Source: Oculina patagonica
Lineage: Eukaryota
Length of the DNA: 64,000 bases
Direction: 5' to 3'
Assembly (NCBI RefSeq): GCF_052425735.1
Contig: NC_135769.1
Location: 12,338,001 to 12,402,000, forward strand
Position 1 is the stretch's first letter; each line of letters opens with the position of its first letter. This document shows positions 51,527-64,000 of the stretch, piece by piece. The translations under genes and the position numbers were made by a program. The notes beneath the pieces are model-generated. The model worked only from the letters and a program-made list of their open reading frames with translations, made no database searches and had not been told where the DNA came from.

Positions 51527-51641
51527 ATGTAACAGTAACAGTAACAGTAACAGTAACAGTAACATAACAGTAACAGTAACAGTAACAGTAACAGTAACAT
51601 AACAGTAACAGTAACAGTAACAGTAACATGTAACGGTAACA
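51527..51641. repeat. (GTAACA)n microsatellite
   Basis: About 18 tandem hexamers read directly. Confidence 0.9.
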
Positions 51642-51642
51642 T

Positions 51643-52590
51643 GTTCGCGGGGGATACCTACAGCATGAATAAATTCATGAAGAGAAATTTTGCTTGACCT
51701 GCATCTTTTAAAACGCTTATTTCTCAGCTGTTATGGGTGCGATTAGGCTCAAATTTTACAGAGACATAAAGAAATGATGAAAGATTGTGAATGTCATCTT
51801 TTATTTGGTAGATTGCATTTAACGGCGATGTTATATCCTCGTTAGTGCCAAATTGGGAAAAACATGATTTTGTGGCAGAGTTTGAGGAACGAGTAGGAGA
51901 CAGCACACTGTGATCTTGTCAAAAACTAATCAGTCAATACCTCTAGAGTGTCATAACAGAAGCGGATTTTTTAATTTAAAGTTTGCCAGCAAGTTATGGC
52001 GGTTTAAGTGCGCAAATTTAAATTTAATGTCTTCTATCTCTTTCTAAAAGCGCTCTTTTAAAATTCGGCTTCTGTTATGACATACTACAGTATTCCTAGT
52101 TTACCTGTCTGCAGTGGCAACTCATGAAGGTCTGTATCCGCGCTGTATTCTCTGCCACAAAATTGTCGGAAAAGTCCAAACTTTGAGATTTCCGAAGGTG
52201 TCCCGACCTAAATACGATCATTTTGCCAAGGAGAGATGTAATTATGGTAATTATATTTCACGCTTTTATAGTGAGAACAATGCGTTTTTAAAAAGGACAC
52301 AATTGTTTATGCCGAATATTTTTGTGATTACTCTGAGTTGCAGAAATATTCAAACTTTAATGAAAATAAGCTCAAAGACTTCCTACAATCTATATGAACG
52401 TATATCGCTAAGTGTTGTTTTAAATTGGTTAAAATATCAAAGAAACAGGGATTTTTACAAATTACGCGCACGCGCCCATATTTTTATCCAGTCATAAATA
52501 TCTCGTAAAGTTGTCGATGTCAGTCGTTGTACTTCGTGCATACGCTTTAAATAAATGTATAATGATGAGCCGAAGGTGTCCCCCGCGACC
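51643..52590. mobile_element. Probable non-autonomous TIR element (Kolobok-like), left end eroded
   Basis: GTTCGCGGGGGATACCT at the left and AGGTGTCCCCCGCGACC|TTAA at the right; TTAA is present on the right side only. Confidence 0.5.
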
Positions 52591-54174
52591 TTAAAGGCAT
52601 CTGATTGGTTGATCTATGACGATATTTGCGGTATCCTTGATGGTTTATTACAAAAAACGTACTGCTTTGTTATATGATCAAACAAATCCTATTAGCCAAA
52701 AGCGAAACATCAAATTGACAGCAGACAGAATTTCTCAGGTAGCGTCAGAAAGCATTTCATTGAGCACTACACTTAATCTGGGTTTTGTTTTGACTTTGAG
52801 ATTTCACATCAAAGTGAAGTGCTCGTATAGAAGTTGATAAACTTAACCTTCTCATAGCAAATCTTCATAACTGAAAGCTGACGCAAACAACAGCTATTTA
52901 TATCAGCATAGGTTCAACTCATCATGTTATGTCCATTAACCAAGGTGTTTTACAATTTTGCAACTTATTAAGGTCACAACAGGGGCATATGATAAATTAC
53001 ATGCTGACTGGTCGACTCGCAACACGAAATTGTTTGACTCTCGGTCAATATCAGTTATCACATGACCTCGTCTCAAGATAACCTTGAACGGCCCTTCTCT
53101 GCAGTCCATTAGTACTTATCATGGCAATTTTTGTGATGATAACGGTATATTTATCTAATAAAGTCGAAATATTTCAAAATTTTCTTCTCAACAACCTGTT
53201 ATTTGACAGCTATACTGTAAACTTCCCTCGATTTCCTTCACCGCATTCGAGATGGTTTATTTGTTTCTATTTCGTGTGACATTGACCCTGTCTGTCACCT
53301 GTTCTAGTCGTTATTTACAACGGAAATATCGCTCTAGCACAAACTACCGTTTGCCATTTTGTGGTTGCCTTTTAATAAATTCTTGACAACGCGGTGTCTG
53401 AAACGAGAAAAAAGAATTTTGCTGGCAATTGCAATGGGAACTTTAAAGCACACGGAGAAGTCTATACGTAAAATATTGACGCCAGAAAATAGTTTGAATT
53501 AGTTCATGTCCACTGAACCTTTTTATTATTAACGCATAATTTATGAGTCGGTGTAAATCAATATGCTTTTCGGAACTTTATATCAATGGTATTTCGACTT
53601 AAAAACGTTTAAAAGAATAAAACATAACATGTTCTGTGTTGAGTAGCAACCGGATTTGAGATCGATTATGGCATACTTTATATGACGGAACTGTCATTTA
53701 CTGAAGTTAGTCAATCCATCCGTTGGTTTCCCAGCTAATTTTAAAACACATTTTGTCGATGTTTTCAAGATTAATTTATCGTAAGCTGTTTTCAAATTGT
53801 ATTTGATGGTTATACCACTTTGGGTAGAAAATGCTAGTTTCAGCAAGTGAACTAACGCATTAGGCGAAAGAAAGGTTTGCTTTATTTATTGCTATTTCCT
53901 TCACCTAACTAAGTGTCGCTTGATTATAGTACATCTTTTTCGAATTAACTGAAAAATCAACTAAGATGTTGAAAAAAATCTGCTCTGACCTGCCCTTAGC
54001 TGAAGTATATATTCAGAGTGCATTTCAGCACCGCTTTATTGTATCTCACAGGCTTAAGCGTGTCGCAATACAATCAGCCCGAACAAAAAGTCGGTGAGAG
54101 TGCTAATTAAGGTGCTAACGTGAAAGTCCTTGTTCACTTCATTCTTCGTTAACTTTCCTTTTTATTTCGAAAGA

Positions 54175-54699
54175 ATGAACGCAGAGCGTGAGCATGGCGT
54201 CCCTGCACATCCGCAGAGGAAGGCCAACTTGATCTCTTTTCTTCTGTTTTGGTGGACAAATGATTTGTTCAGGACTGGAAACCAGCGTCCCTTGCAACAA
54301 TCTGACTTCTGGCCATTGCACGAGGAAGACAAAACGTCCCTACTGACAAAAGAACTGCAGTCACAGTGGAATAAAGATCTGAATGAGTGCAACCTGACAG
54401 AGAAAGAACCAAGGCTATGGAAAAGTTCTACGAAAGTTCTGTCTTGCAAAGACATCTGTATAATTTCTTTTGCTGGACTACTGGACTCAGTGGGTCGATT
54501 TCTTCAGCCATTTTTCCTAGGAATTTTTATCTCTGCACTTAAGGCCAAAGCTCCTGAGAGAGGCTTGCTTTGTGGTTGCGCTGCGCTGATGCTGTTGATT
54601 GTGCTGACGAAGAGCATTGCTGTACATCATAGCAGCTTCAAACTGTACGTGATTGGTATGAGGATGAAGGCCTCCCTTAAAGGTGTCATCTTCAGAAAG
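54175..54699 (+). CDS. ABCC4: ABCC4-like exon 1 (lasso motif and start of TMD1)
   Basis: Within ORF 54130-54759; ATG at 54175; donor AAG|gtcagt. Confidence 0.8.
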
Positions 54700-56436
54700 G
54701 TCAGTTTGCTACCACAACTGGTGCACGATTCAATTGATTTCTCAGTAAGATTCTTTTAAACAAATGATTTCTTTTTAATCACCAAATAGGTATTTCCCTA
54801 ATGATTATAAATTATCACATATATTATCCAGTTAATGAAGGAAAGGTTTTAACTAAATCTATAGTAAAGACAAGCTGCAAGGAGGCGGGTGAGATATAGA
54901 TGGGTCATCTTTAGGGGATTCGCTCGCGCTTTGTATAAATTATATATGGGTGCAATAGTTTTTACCATGTTGTGGATACGATAATTTTTAAAACGAATTG
55001 CTCTGCACCGTTCATGCTAAGATAGCGTTTGCCTGGGAAGTTAAAAGATCGAGGTAACATTGAAAAATAACATGGGACACGCGGCCGGATCATATAAGTT
55101 TTGGTTTTTACTGTATATATAATTAAAATAGTTTACTGCTGTGTGACAAAACAAATTGTGGAGGTTTAAATTTGTACATTGGTGATATTGGAAGAGACGA
55201 GTATCCTTGTGAGGAATAAATTTTTGCAATTTTTTGCAAGTCGCGCACAACTGAAATTACAGCACGTACGTAATATTGTTTGTTTTTGATACAAATAAGC
55301 AAAATACAGGTAATATATCATGGCTTAGAGTTGTAAAACAGGTTAAATAACTCAAGTAGCAAAACAGCGAAACAGCTTCACCACTTGAAATAATATATGA
55401 AAGATATTTGCTTGTCTAAACGAGTGAAGCATCGGAGGTGAAGTACTGGCTCTACAGTCTGTTACTACTGTCGTTTTCCTGTTCCGGTTCCGCTTGTGTC
55501 TTCGTCTTCAGAGAGTAGAGTAAATGTTTTTATGGGAAAAATTTTTGCGGAAATATTTTTTAAATTTAGAAGCCGCAAAAATGTTGTGCCACACGATAAA
55601 TTTTTTAGGATTAAAATTGCCGAAAAACTTAGGAACGAAGGGACGATACTTTTTTATCCGACGTCCGCATAATATATCGACAAATACATGACGTCAGGCA
55701 TCTCACCAAAAATGTCCGCAAAAAACACTACTTTAGCCTATATTACTTCGAATAAAGCTATTAATTGTATTTTTGTTTATTCTGGTATCGTGAGCAGAAT
55801 ATACGAAATACTATTCTGTTCAATCCGTAAAATGGCCGGGATATGACCCAACAGAAGCGGTAACCGCCCATTCCTTGTTTTCCGGCTTTTCCAAAATAGC
55901 CTAGACAGAATACACGCTGTGATTTTAGCTAATAGCTGCGGTCTGTGGAATTATTGAAAGAACTTTACTAGAAAATAAACGCATTCCAGAGAGTAAAGTA
56001 TGCCGACACTTGAAGAAAAGGTTTTGTAAGGGTTTGAGTATTGCCACATTTTAAGAAGATTAGTGGTTGATAACAACGTTTTCATTCATTTTAAGAACAA
56101 TATTCTGACACGCCATCTATTGAATCGTAAGTGTGTAGCCTGTGTAGTTCCACCAATGCCGGTCTAAAACGTTTTTCATAATTTTAAAGATATTAATAAA
56201 GGATGGAAAAGTGATGGAGGTTAATGGATTGGTTTGAATGTGATAATGATTAATAAATGGACAGCAAAGTAGATAAATGTCAACCTAACGTGGTCTCGTT
56301 TGCTAGTAGGGTGACTGTAATCCTGTTTTATCCGATTTGATAACACGTTCGTGGGAATATCTGGTGGTGCGACTAGAAATAAAAGCCATCGCCTATAAAA
56401 CCTAATCACTGATTTCAAATTGTTGTTTATCTGTAG

Positions 56437-56816
56437 ATCCTGGTCCTTGGTCAGCATATTCTCAACGAGTTTACAAAAGGTCACGTGATTGATCTGGTGT
56501 CCAATGATGTTCAAAGAATGGAACAGGCCGCCAGGCAGTTCTTTCGTCTCCTTGTCGCCATCTTTGATGTTTGTGTGGCTGTTCCGTTGTTATGGTACTT
56601 CATTGGCTGGCAGGCACTAATGGGAATCATCTTCCTGTTTGTTCTTGTGCCATTTGGTGGTTTCCTTTCATATCTGTCTGGAAAGCTTCGACTGAAGACC
56701 GCTGTCATTTCTGATCGGCGAATAAATCTGATGACTGAGATAGTGGCTGGAATTCGTGAAGTGAAGACGCATGCGTGGGAGTGGTTCTTTAGAAATCAGA
56801 TCAAAGATACTCGAAT
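56437..56816 (+). CDS. ABCC4: ABCC4-like exon 2 (TMD1)
   Basis: Acceptor ctgtag|; GHVIDLVSNDVQRM and SDRRINLMTEIVAGIREVKTHAWE. Confidence 0.8.
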
Positions 56817-57385
56817 GTTAGTGAAAAATATCAGGGCGACCTAGCCAGTATCTTGTTGTTGTTGAGTTAACCACAGATGTTAAATAGAGAGATATTCTGG
56901 TAACTGTCTTAAAGCAACTAAAGTTAACGCATCTAGACAATTGACAAATTATCGCTCCTAAACACCTTAGTGAGTGAATAAGTGTTCTTAGAGCTCACAA
57001 CGGTGGCAGCGCAGGACAAGTCAGAAACTTAATTCATGACTGGCTTTGGTCTTGCAATTGATTGCCAGCAGAAAAAGTTTGTTCTTATTGGTTGACCAGG
57101 TTTTATTATGAGCATTAACTCAGCAAACACAAAGCAAAGAGTCTTCAGCTTTCAACGGTGAACCAAAAAATGCGCTTAATCACGAAGTAAACTAGAAATA
57201 GTAGCCTACTTATAACAACTAATTTATTACTAAACTGACAACTGGGTGCTTTCCACGACCTTCGTCCCAAATTACTCTTCCATACACATATTTCCCACTA
57301 CCACACTAGTTCTTTAGATCGACCCTTTCAACAAGTCCCAAATGTACGTATCTGACATAAAGTGTTGTTATTTCCTCATTTGCAG

Positions 57386-58811
57386 CGATGAGATGAGAAT
57401 AATTCGTCGCAAGAGCATTCTTCTGTCATGTGCCATATCTCTCATGTATTCCTCGGGACTTGTTGCCGCCTTCATTTCTATTTTGGCGCTTGCCTTTAGT
57501 GGTTATCACCTAACACCGTTCATCGTTTTTACTCTCTTGTCAATTATCAACGTACTCCGAAACAGTGCACTGAGATCAATAGGAGAAGGATCACAGTTTA
57601 TATACGAAGCGTACGTTTCATTTGATAGAATACAGGAATTTCTGCTGCTGCCAAACCTTAATGGTATGACTGATACAAAACTCTCCACCAATACGGGTAG
57701 CAACTCATTGCTAGAGACAAAATGTTTTGGAAAGGAAAAGGTGAACATTAAGGACCAATACGTATGTTTACACCAGTCCTTAAAGAAAACCTCCGCCATA
57801 ACCAAGTTTGTGGACATTCCAGATAACAGAAATCTATATCCCTTTCTTGAAACTACAAATCTGGGTCATCATATGAGCCCAACGGACAAACTGCAAATTA
57901 TAGAGCAAGGGCAATTTCAAGAAAAAAGAGAGAGAAGGATCAAGTTGAGCAATGTGACCTGCAAACTAAATGTTAACAACAAATGCACTGTAAAATCTAT
58001 CAACTTTGAAGCAAAAGATGAAAGCTTTGCTATCATCACTGGTCCAGTGGGAAGTGGAAAATCAATGTTGCTGTCTGTGATCGCTGGTGAGATGCCAGTT
58101 ACTGAAGGGAATATCCAGTGCTGTGGTACCATCGCCTACGTGCCACAGATACCTTGGGTTTTCTCTGAAACACTGAGAGAAAACATCATATTCGGTCGGC
58201 CATTTGATTTCGATAAGTACGTCCAAACAATCAGAGTTTGCGCTTTAAAGGAAGATATTGAGGGATTTCCAGATAAAGACCAAGTTGTTGTTGGAGAACG
58301 AGGCAACACACTAAGCGGTGGTCAACAGATTCGCGTCAGTTTGGCACGGGCAGTCTATGCCGATTGTGATATTTACCTGTTGGACAATCCACTCGCTGCA
58401 CTCGATATAAACGTTAGTGATTACATTTTTAAACATTGTATACTTGGCTTGCTGACAAACAAAGTTCGTTTGATGGTTTCTCACCAAGAGTCTCACATGA
58501 AGCTTGCAGATCAAGTAATTGTCTTGCAAAACGCTACAATGACTGATAAAGGGACGTTTTTGGAACTTAACAAAAAAGAAGGACTTAATGAAATTCTAGA
58601 ACCCCAAAACAAAGTTAGTCAGGAATCAACTTTGTCTCAGGAACAGATCAAAGTACATTGTTCAGACAACAAGACGATCAGAAGCATGGAAATTCCTGAC
58701 GAAGACCGTATGACTGGAGCAGTGTCCTGCAAGTTGTACTGGGATTATCTAACTGCAGGAGTGCGTCCATTGCTTTAGCTGGCTTGGTTCTCATTTTCCT
58801 TCTTTGTCAAG
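57386..58811 (+). CDS. ABCC4: ABCC4-like exon 3 (end of TMD1, NBD1, linker); frameshift near its 3' end
   Basis: ORF 57342-58778 carries Walker A, signature and Walker B; reading continues ALAGLVLIFLLCQ in a shifted frame to the donor G|gtaagc. Confidence 0.8.
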
Positions 58812-59301
58812 GTAAGCGTGGAGGAATAACTTAAATCCATGATACCACCATGCCAAACTCACCCTTGAGACCCATTATTGAGGGAGGGGGAAATGATATA
58901 AAAGCGAGGACGTGCCTGTTGGAATTTTTAGGAAGACCCCTAAAAGGCACTAGAATCCAAATTGGTTGAGGCTCAAGTTCACGTGTACTCCGAGGAGATG
59001 CCAACTCCAAAATCGTTTTTATTGAGTGATGACTAACACTAGTCGACAAAGAGTCACGTCCCAGCCAAAAATGTCACCATCGAGTATACATGTCTCCTTC
59101 GAGTGCTGCAATGCTATCTGGAGTTGGGGGTGATGAATTCCTTGTTATGCACCTCAGTGCCTGGAAGACATTTGTCAGTATGAGTATTTATTCAGTTTTC
59201 GGCAGGTGCATGCTGTAGTTTCCTCTATCAGAAGAAACTTGCACAGACAACTTATCATTTCTGCGGTATTTGTTAATGATTCTTGTATCCATTGATTGCA
59301 G

Positions 59302-59872
59302 GAGTTATGATTTCACCCGATCTGTGGCTGTCGTTTCTAACGACGCTTCCACGTGATGACCAAACGAACAGGACAAATGTTGGCATCTATGTCAGTTGTG
59401 TTATTGCGGCTGTTCTTCTAACAACAATACGAGCCTACGCTTTCTTCCTTGCGGTGTTGAAATCTTCAGAAAACCTTCACAACAACATGGCGACAGCCAT
59501 TCTCAAAGCACCGATTCTATTCTTCGATTCAAATCCCATTGGAAGAATTCTCAACCGATTTTCTAAAGACATCGGCTGCATGGACGAGGTTTTGCCAAAG
59601 ACGTTCCTTTTTGCAGTGCAAATGGTGTTGTTCGTGTTGACCGCAGCGCTTCTTCCCTTGGTTGCAAATGTGTGGCTTGTAGCAGTTGTTGTACCCATTA
59701 TACTATCGTATGTTTGCATTGCAAGGTACTTCATGAGGACATCAAGAGAGCTAAGGAGACTGGAGTCTGTGTGCCGCAGTCCTGTGTTGACACAGATCTC
59801 TGAAACATTGGACGGATTGGACACAATTCGATCCCGTTGAAGACAACAGGAGTTTGCTGATCTCTTATACAG
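59302..59872 (+). CDS. ABCC4: ABCC4-like exon 4 (TMD2) with an in-frame TGA
   Basis: ORF 59283-59840; after TGA the frame continues RQQEFADLLY to AG|gtgagg. Confidence 0.8.
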
Positions 59873-60481
59873 GTGAGGCTGCTTTGCATCAAAACTAAAA
59901 TGCTTAAAGATCGAGCCACATCATGGATGGCACATTGTAAGAAAGTTAGCTTTTCTTCTTTTCATTTTTTTATTTCGAAATCCGTCTTAATTAACCCAGT
60001 ATTATCCATCCTTGTTCATTTTTGGTTATTATTACTTCTTTGATGTTTTTACCTTGGTAAAAACGTTTTAAGACCTCCATGAATTGAAGGTAATTTAAGG
60101 TAATTTTGTACATTACAACAAATGACCTAAAGGTAGCCAAGTCGCGATACTTAAGTTGGATCAAAACTAACAACATATATTGATCGGGCACATAAATGGG
60201 GGATAAATGGTATTATAAAATGCCTTATTAATGGCAAACTTAAAACGATCATATTTTGACGTCACAGGCTACCATAGCTACGACATAACCAGTCCCACAG
60301 TGACACCTTCTTGATTCGTGCTTAATGTGCTCGAAACAAGGTCGGTGAGCCCCATATTAATTTGGTGTATTTATTAATGATTAGCTTGTAAGAAAAAACG
60401 TTCTGTAAAGTTTACAAAAATATGCGAAGAGGTTTAAAGCCAAAAAAATTTTAAAACTTCTCATTTTATCTCATGTGATAG

Positions 60482-60618
60482 ATATCAAGACACTCATAAC
60501 CGTGCATATTACATGGTATTAGCTGGAACTCGATGGCTGGGAATAAGATTGGATCTCCTATCTGCCCTCTTAATTGGTGCCGTAGCTTTAACTGCTGCAC
60601 TGTATTCCCACGACAATG
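60482..60618 (+). CDS. ABCC4: ABCC4-like exon 5 (not in the ORF track)
   Basis: gatag|A-YQDTHNRAYYMVLAGTRWLGIRLDLLSALLIGAVAL...DNG|gtgagt. Confidence 0.82.
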
Positions 60619-61152
60619 GTGAGTATATGGTTAACAAAGAGTTTTTTCCCTTGTTATTGCCTATTGATTAAAGAACGAACAATTCTCCTTACCTTATAGT
60701 GCCGTTGTGTCAAGAAATACCCGTCATAATTTTTTTTCGAATAATTTAGTCTCATTTCCTCCGAAATTTAAATGTGACCAATCAAACTCCAATTTACAGA
60801 CTGTTTTATATTCGTTCTTCGTCTTTCACTTTTAGTTTAAAAACAGGGTTGTACTGAAATGTTGCATTTCCCATATTGCACTTTATAGCTAGCGAGGGTT
60901 TAAATTTAAAAGGTCATATATTGATTGTTTTCTGAAACTGAAATAAAGCGTTTTGACTGCAGAGTAGCAACAGGAAGATGTTTATTCGCGCCATATTTTT
61001 CAACTTTAATTGGCCCCTGCAATTGTAGACTTTTTGCGAAATTTAAACATCGTGTAAATGAAAGGCATTAGGGAAGTCAAAACCTGGTCCAGCTTTAGTC
61101 AAATATCAATATCATGAAAAACGTTAAACAAGCCTTTTATCTTCTTTTATAG

Positions 61153-62015
61153 CTCTGGTAGGCCTTGCTTTTGTTTACGTCTTCGAAACTTCTCACTTCA
61201 CCCAGGTATCTGTTCAACAGTCGTCAGAAGTCGAGAATTTGATGACGTCTGTAGAGAGAGTGATGGCGATCACTCAACTTGAATCTGAGCCTGGGTACAA
61301 GACAGTAAAAACACGGCCTGAACACTGGCCAACGAACGGAGAAATACAATTCACCGGGGTATCGCTGAGATACTATCCTGAAGGACCAAGAGCACTCAAT
61401 AATCTGAATTGGAACGTTACTGGACAGTCCAAGATTGGAATTGTGGGTAGAACAGGTGCTGGAAAATCTAGCATCATAGCTGCTATCCTTCGCATGCCCG
61501 AAGCTGAAGGGAAAATCACAATAGACGGAGTGGAGCTAAAAAATTTGAATATTCAAGAATCTCGGAAATGCATCTCCGTCCTAAACCAAAGTCCTGTTGT
61601 GTTCAGTGGGTCCCTGAGAAAGAATCTTGATCCACTGGGAAGGCACAGTGATGTTGAGTTGTGGGAAGTACTAGAAGCAGTGCAACTGAAGCAATTGGTA
61701 GAAACCTTTCAGGGGAAGCTAGATTACACATTGAACTCTGGGGGAATGAATCTTAGTGTAGGCGAAAAACAGTTAATTTGTCTTGCACGTGTTCTCCTGC
61801 AGGAGAGTAAAGTTGTCATCTTAGATGAGCCCACTGCTCATGTAGATCCTAAAACAGAACAAATCATACACGAAACAATCCGAGAAAAACTGAAGAGCTC
61901 AACAGTGATCACAATCGCACATCGGCTAAAAACAATTGAAGACTGTGACAAGATTGTGGAGTTGAGAGATGGACAGTTGTTAGTTGAGTCGCTGGGTAGA
62001 TCAAATGTTTTATAA
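61153..62015 (+). CDS. ABCC4: ABCC4-like exon 6 (NBD2)
   Basis: Acceptor ttatag|; ORF 61239-62015 with intact Walker A, Walker B and H-loop (IAHRL). Confidence 0.85.
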
Positions 62016-64000
62016 TATAACATTAAATTTATAATAAACTATTCAAACCTCTCTTTTCGTGAGCTGATTTATTCCCTTACTATTAGAGAGAGACGTCTAA
62101 AATCTCGTTCACACTAATGGGCCCTCGTCGATGCCTTCGTTTCCTACCATACGATAGGGTTCTGTATTCAAAGGTTTTCACTCTTGACAACGGTTTCCAA
62201 TGCATGGCCTTTCGATGAAAACGAAAGGGGCGTATCAGTGGGGATGATAGACGAAAATGCATATTTGTGGAAGGGACTTGAGTTCCGGCCTGAAAAACTC
62301 CATCCTGTTCCACTCATTTCACTGGATAACCATTCCCGCTATGTTTTGTTATGGAGGAAACATTAGACAAGGCTTCATGTAAGGATATTTCAAAAGTTAC
62401 TTGGGCTCTCATGGCAGGTTGTTTGCTTGGGGTTTGAGGTATCGTCGGTATGGTTGTCTTCGGATTAGGTTTAGGGTTTTAAAATCCTTGCTAAAAGCAA
62501 GTTTTAATTAGCACAGTCAGCCATTCTTTCCTCCATATTTTCTGAACTTAGTCGCCCCAGACCGCATCGTTTGATTGCTGCATGAACTTATGGCACCCTC
62601 ACTCTCTCATTTCTTTTCCAATTCCATATTTTGTTATTAGACATTTTTATAAAAGAAAAAATTTGCGAGGCTTATAGGGACGATTCAAATACGTAAGCAT
62701 AAAACAAATGAGTGAAAAAAATTTAAAATATGTGAACAGTGACCAAAGACATAGAACTTGGTGGCTTATGCAAATACTTTCACTTCCGGCTTGAACTGGT
62801 TCAGCATAAGGGTTAAACCACTTCAGGTCTTTCGCCACACGAATTTTAAGAAAACGCGATGATTTTGTAGATAAGAGTAGAAAAACGTGACTTGATTGAA
62901 AGAAATCGGAAATAACCTTGGACTTAACTAAGCGCCCGGACTATTTAACCCGGTTAACCGCGTCCTTGCTCTTGCACGTCAACGCAGATCAAAAGTTCTT
63001 AGGAAATTTTAAAGATTTTAAGTTTATTTTTTTCCGCTATTCTGATTCCATTTCCGTTACAATGCGTTGTAGATATAGACTAACTTCATGTTTTTATGCA
63101 TACTTATTATAATCGTATCATGGATTTTTGAAACAAGGTAAAAACCGAGACTGGCCAATACCCCGAGACTCTTCTTGGAAAGACTAAGATAAACAATAAT
63201 TAAAAATCCGAGCCTAAGACAGAGACGTTGTAATCAAAACTCTTGGTCACGTGAGGGTTTAGCTTGCTAAATGATTTTGAAGGGAAATCGGAACGCCATT
63301 CCATTTCTTTCGAACTAGTTTTGAGTAAAGCTTAAAGTTGCTAATTATACAGCCAAGCAACTAAACTGCAAACAGTAAGATAATGAGATAGTGGTACGCA
63401 CACAAAAAGCGTGAGAGCGGAAGTACGGTCATATTTTATAAGACCTGAAGCTCAACTGAGCTAATAAGCTATTACTGTCCGGTTTTACAGAATCTGACTA
63501 GTATAGCTGCCTTCTCTTAATTTTGTTTGCGGCTGACAAGTGGTATAACGCACGCACTCCGATATACCTGCCAACTCTCACGGACTATCGGCAAGTTTTC
63601 CGGATAAACTCTCCCGGAGGGGTTGTGAAATCTGCCAGATACAAAGCAAAATGCTAAGAGCATGTAGTTCCTAAACTGTTTTTGCCGATTTTAGGAGACT
63701 TCAGGGAGAATTTGGGATGCTCGAATCGGTGGACCTGTTTATTGGTCAGCCGTTTTTGTGAGAAGAGGTACGGTCACACAAGATTGCCGACCTCTCGGAT
63801 CATTTGGACTTTTTACGTTGACATCCCAATAGAAGAATCACAAAACAAGCGTCAAAAGCGTAAAAGTAAGTAAAGAAAGTATATAAAATCATCTAGACTA
63901 GTCTATATCTAGTCAGTACGCGGAATTTGAGGCGCTTTGCCTATGGAAAGATTGTTACACAAAACTACGACTTGGCTAGCTCAACATCTTTCACGTGCTG

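Larger units (their letters stand above)
54175..62015 (+). pseudogene. ABCC4: ABCC4/MRP4-like ABC transporter, six exons (54175-54699, 56437-56816, 57386-58811, 59302-59872, 60482-60618, 61153-62015), disrupted by a frameshift near 58770 and TGA at 59838-59840
   Basis: TMD1-NBD1-TMD2-NBD2 with no TMD0. Motifs [100 protein letters not shown] and ILDEPTA. Splice sites are GT/AG and phase-consistent once the frameshift is corrected. The symbol indicates subfamily likeness, not proven orthology. Confidence 0.85.

Noticed and set aside
59838-59840. TGA as selenocysteine or programmed readthrough
   Set aside because: Not a Cys position, no SECIS recognised, and an upstream frameshift already disrupts the gene.

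Overview
AT-rich, intron-containing eukaryotic DNA with two assembly gaps (34984-35128, 35314-35484). The repeat content resembles a cnidarian, probably a stony coral (inference). Host genes: (i) a spliced vWA-domain gene on + (coding exons about 6263-18993, 5' end not found); (ii) a six-exon ABCC4/MRP4-like transporter on + (54175-62015) with one frameshift and one in-frame stop; (iii) an orphan, diverged duplicate of that gene's last exon plus 3' flank at about 31110-34550. Most of the rest is transposon-derived. There is a near-complete 9 kb Sola3-type DNA transposon (37910-46883; about 560 bp TIRs, TTAA target duplication, three-exon transposase of about 1071 aa). A three-level nest spans 22.5-30.3 kb: a repeat-rich TIR element contains a decayed ORF with a 2A/StopGo motif followed by an OTU protease, and that ORF is interrupted by a second, deleted Sola3-type element. 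Also present: an Academ-like transposase relic, two Penelope-like 3' fragments each followed by a minimal hammerhead ribozyme, a tRNA-Thr-derived repeat with 60 bp direct repeats, a 35/70/126 bp satellite hit by two MITEs, and MITEs with TA, TTA, TTAA, 5, 8 and 9 bp target duplications. Superfamily names come from motif recall and terminal structure, not from database searches.
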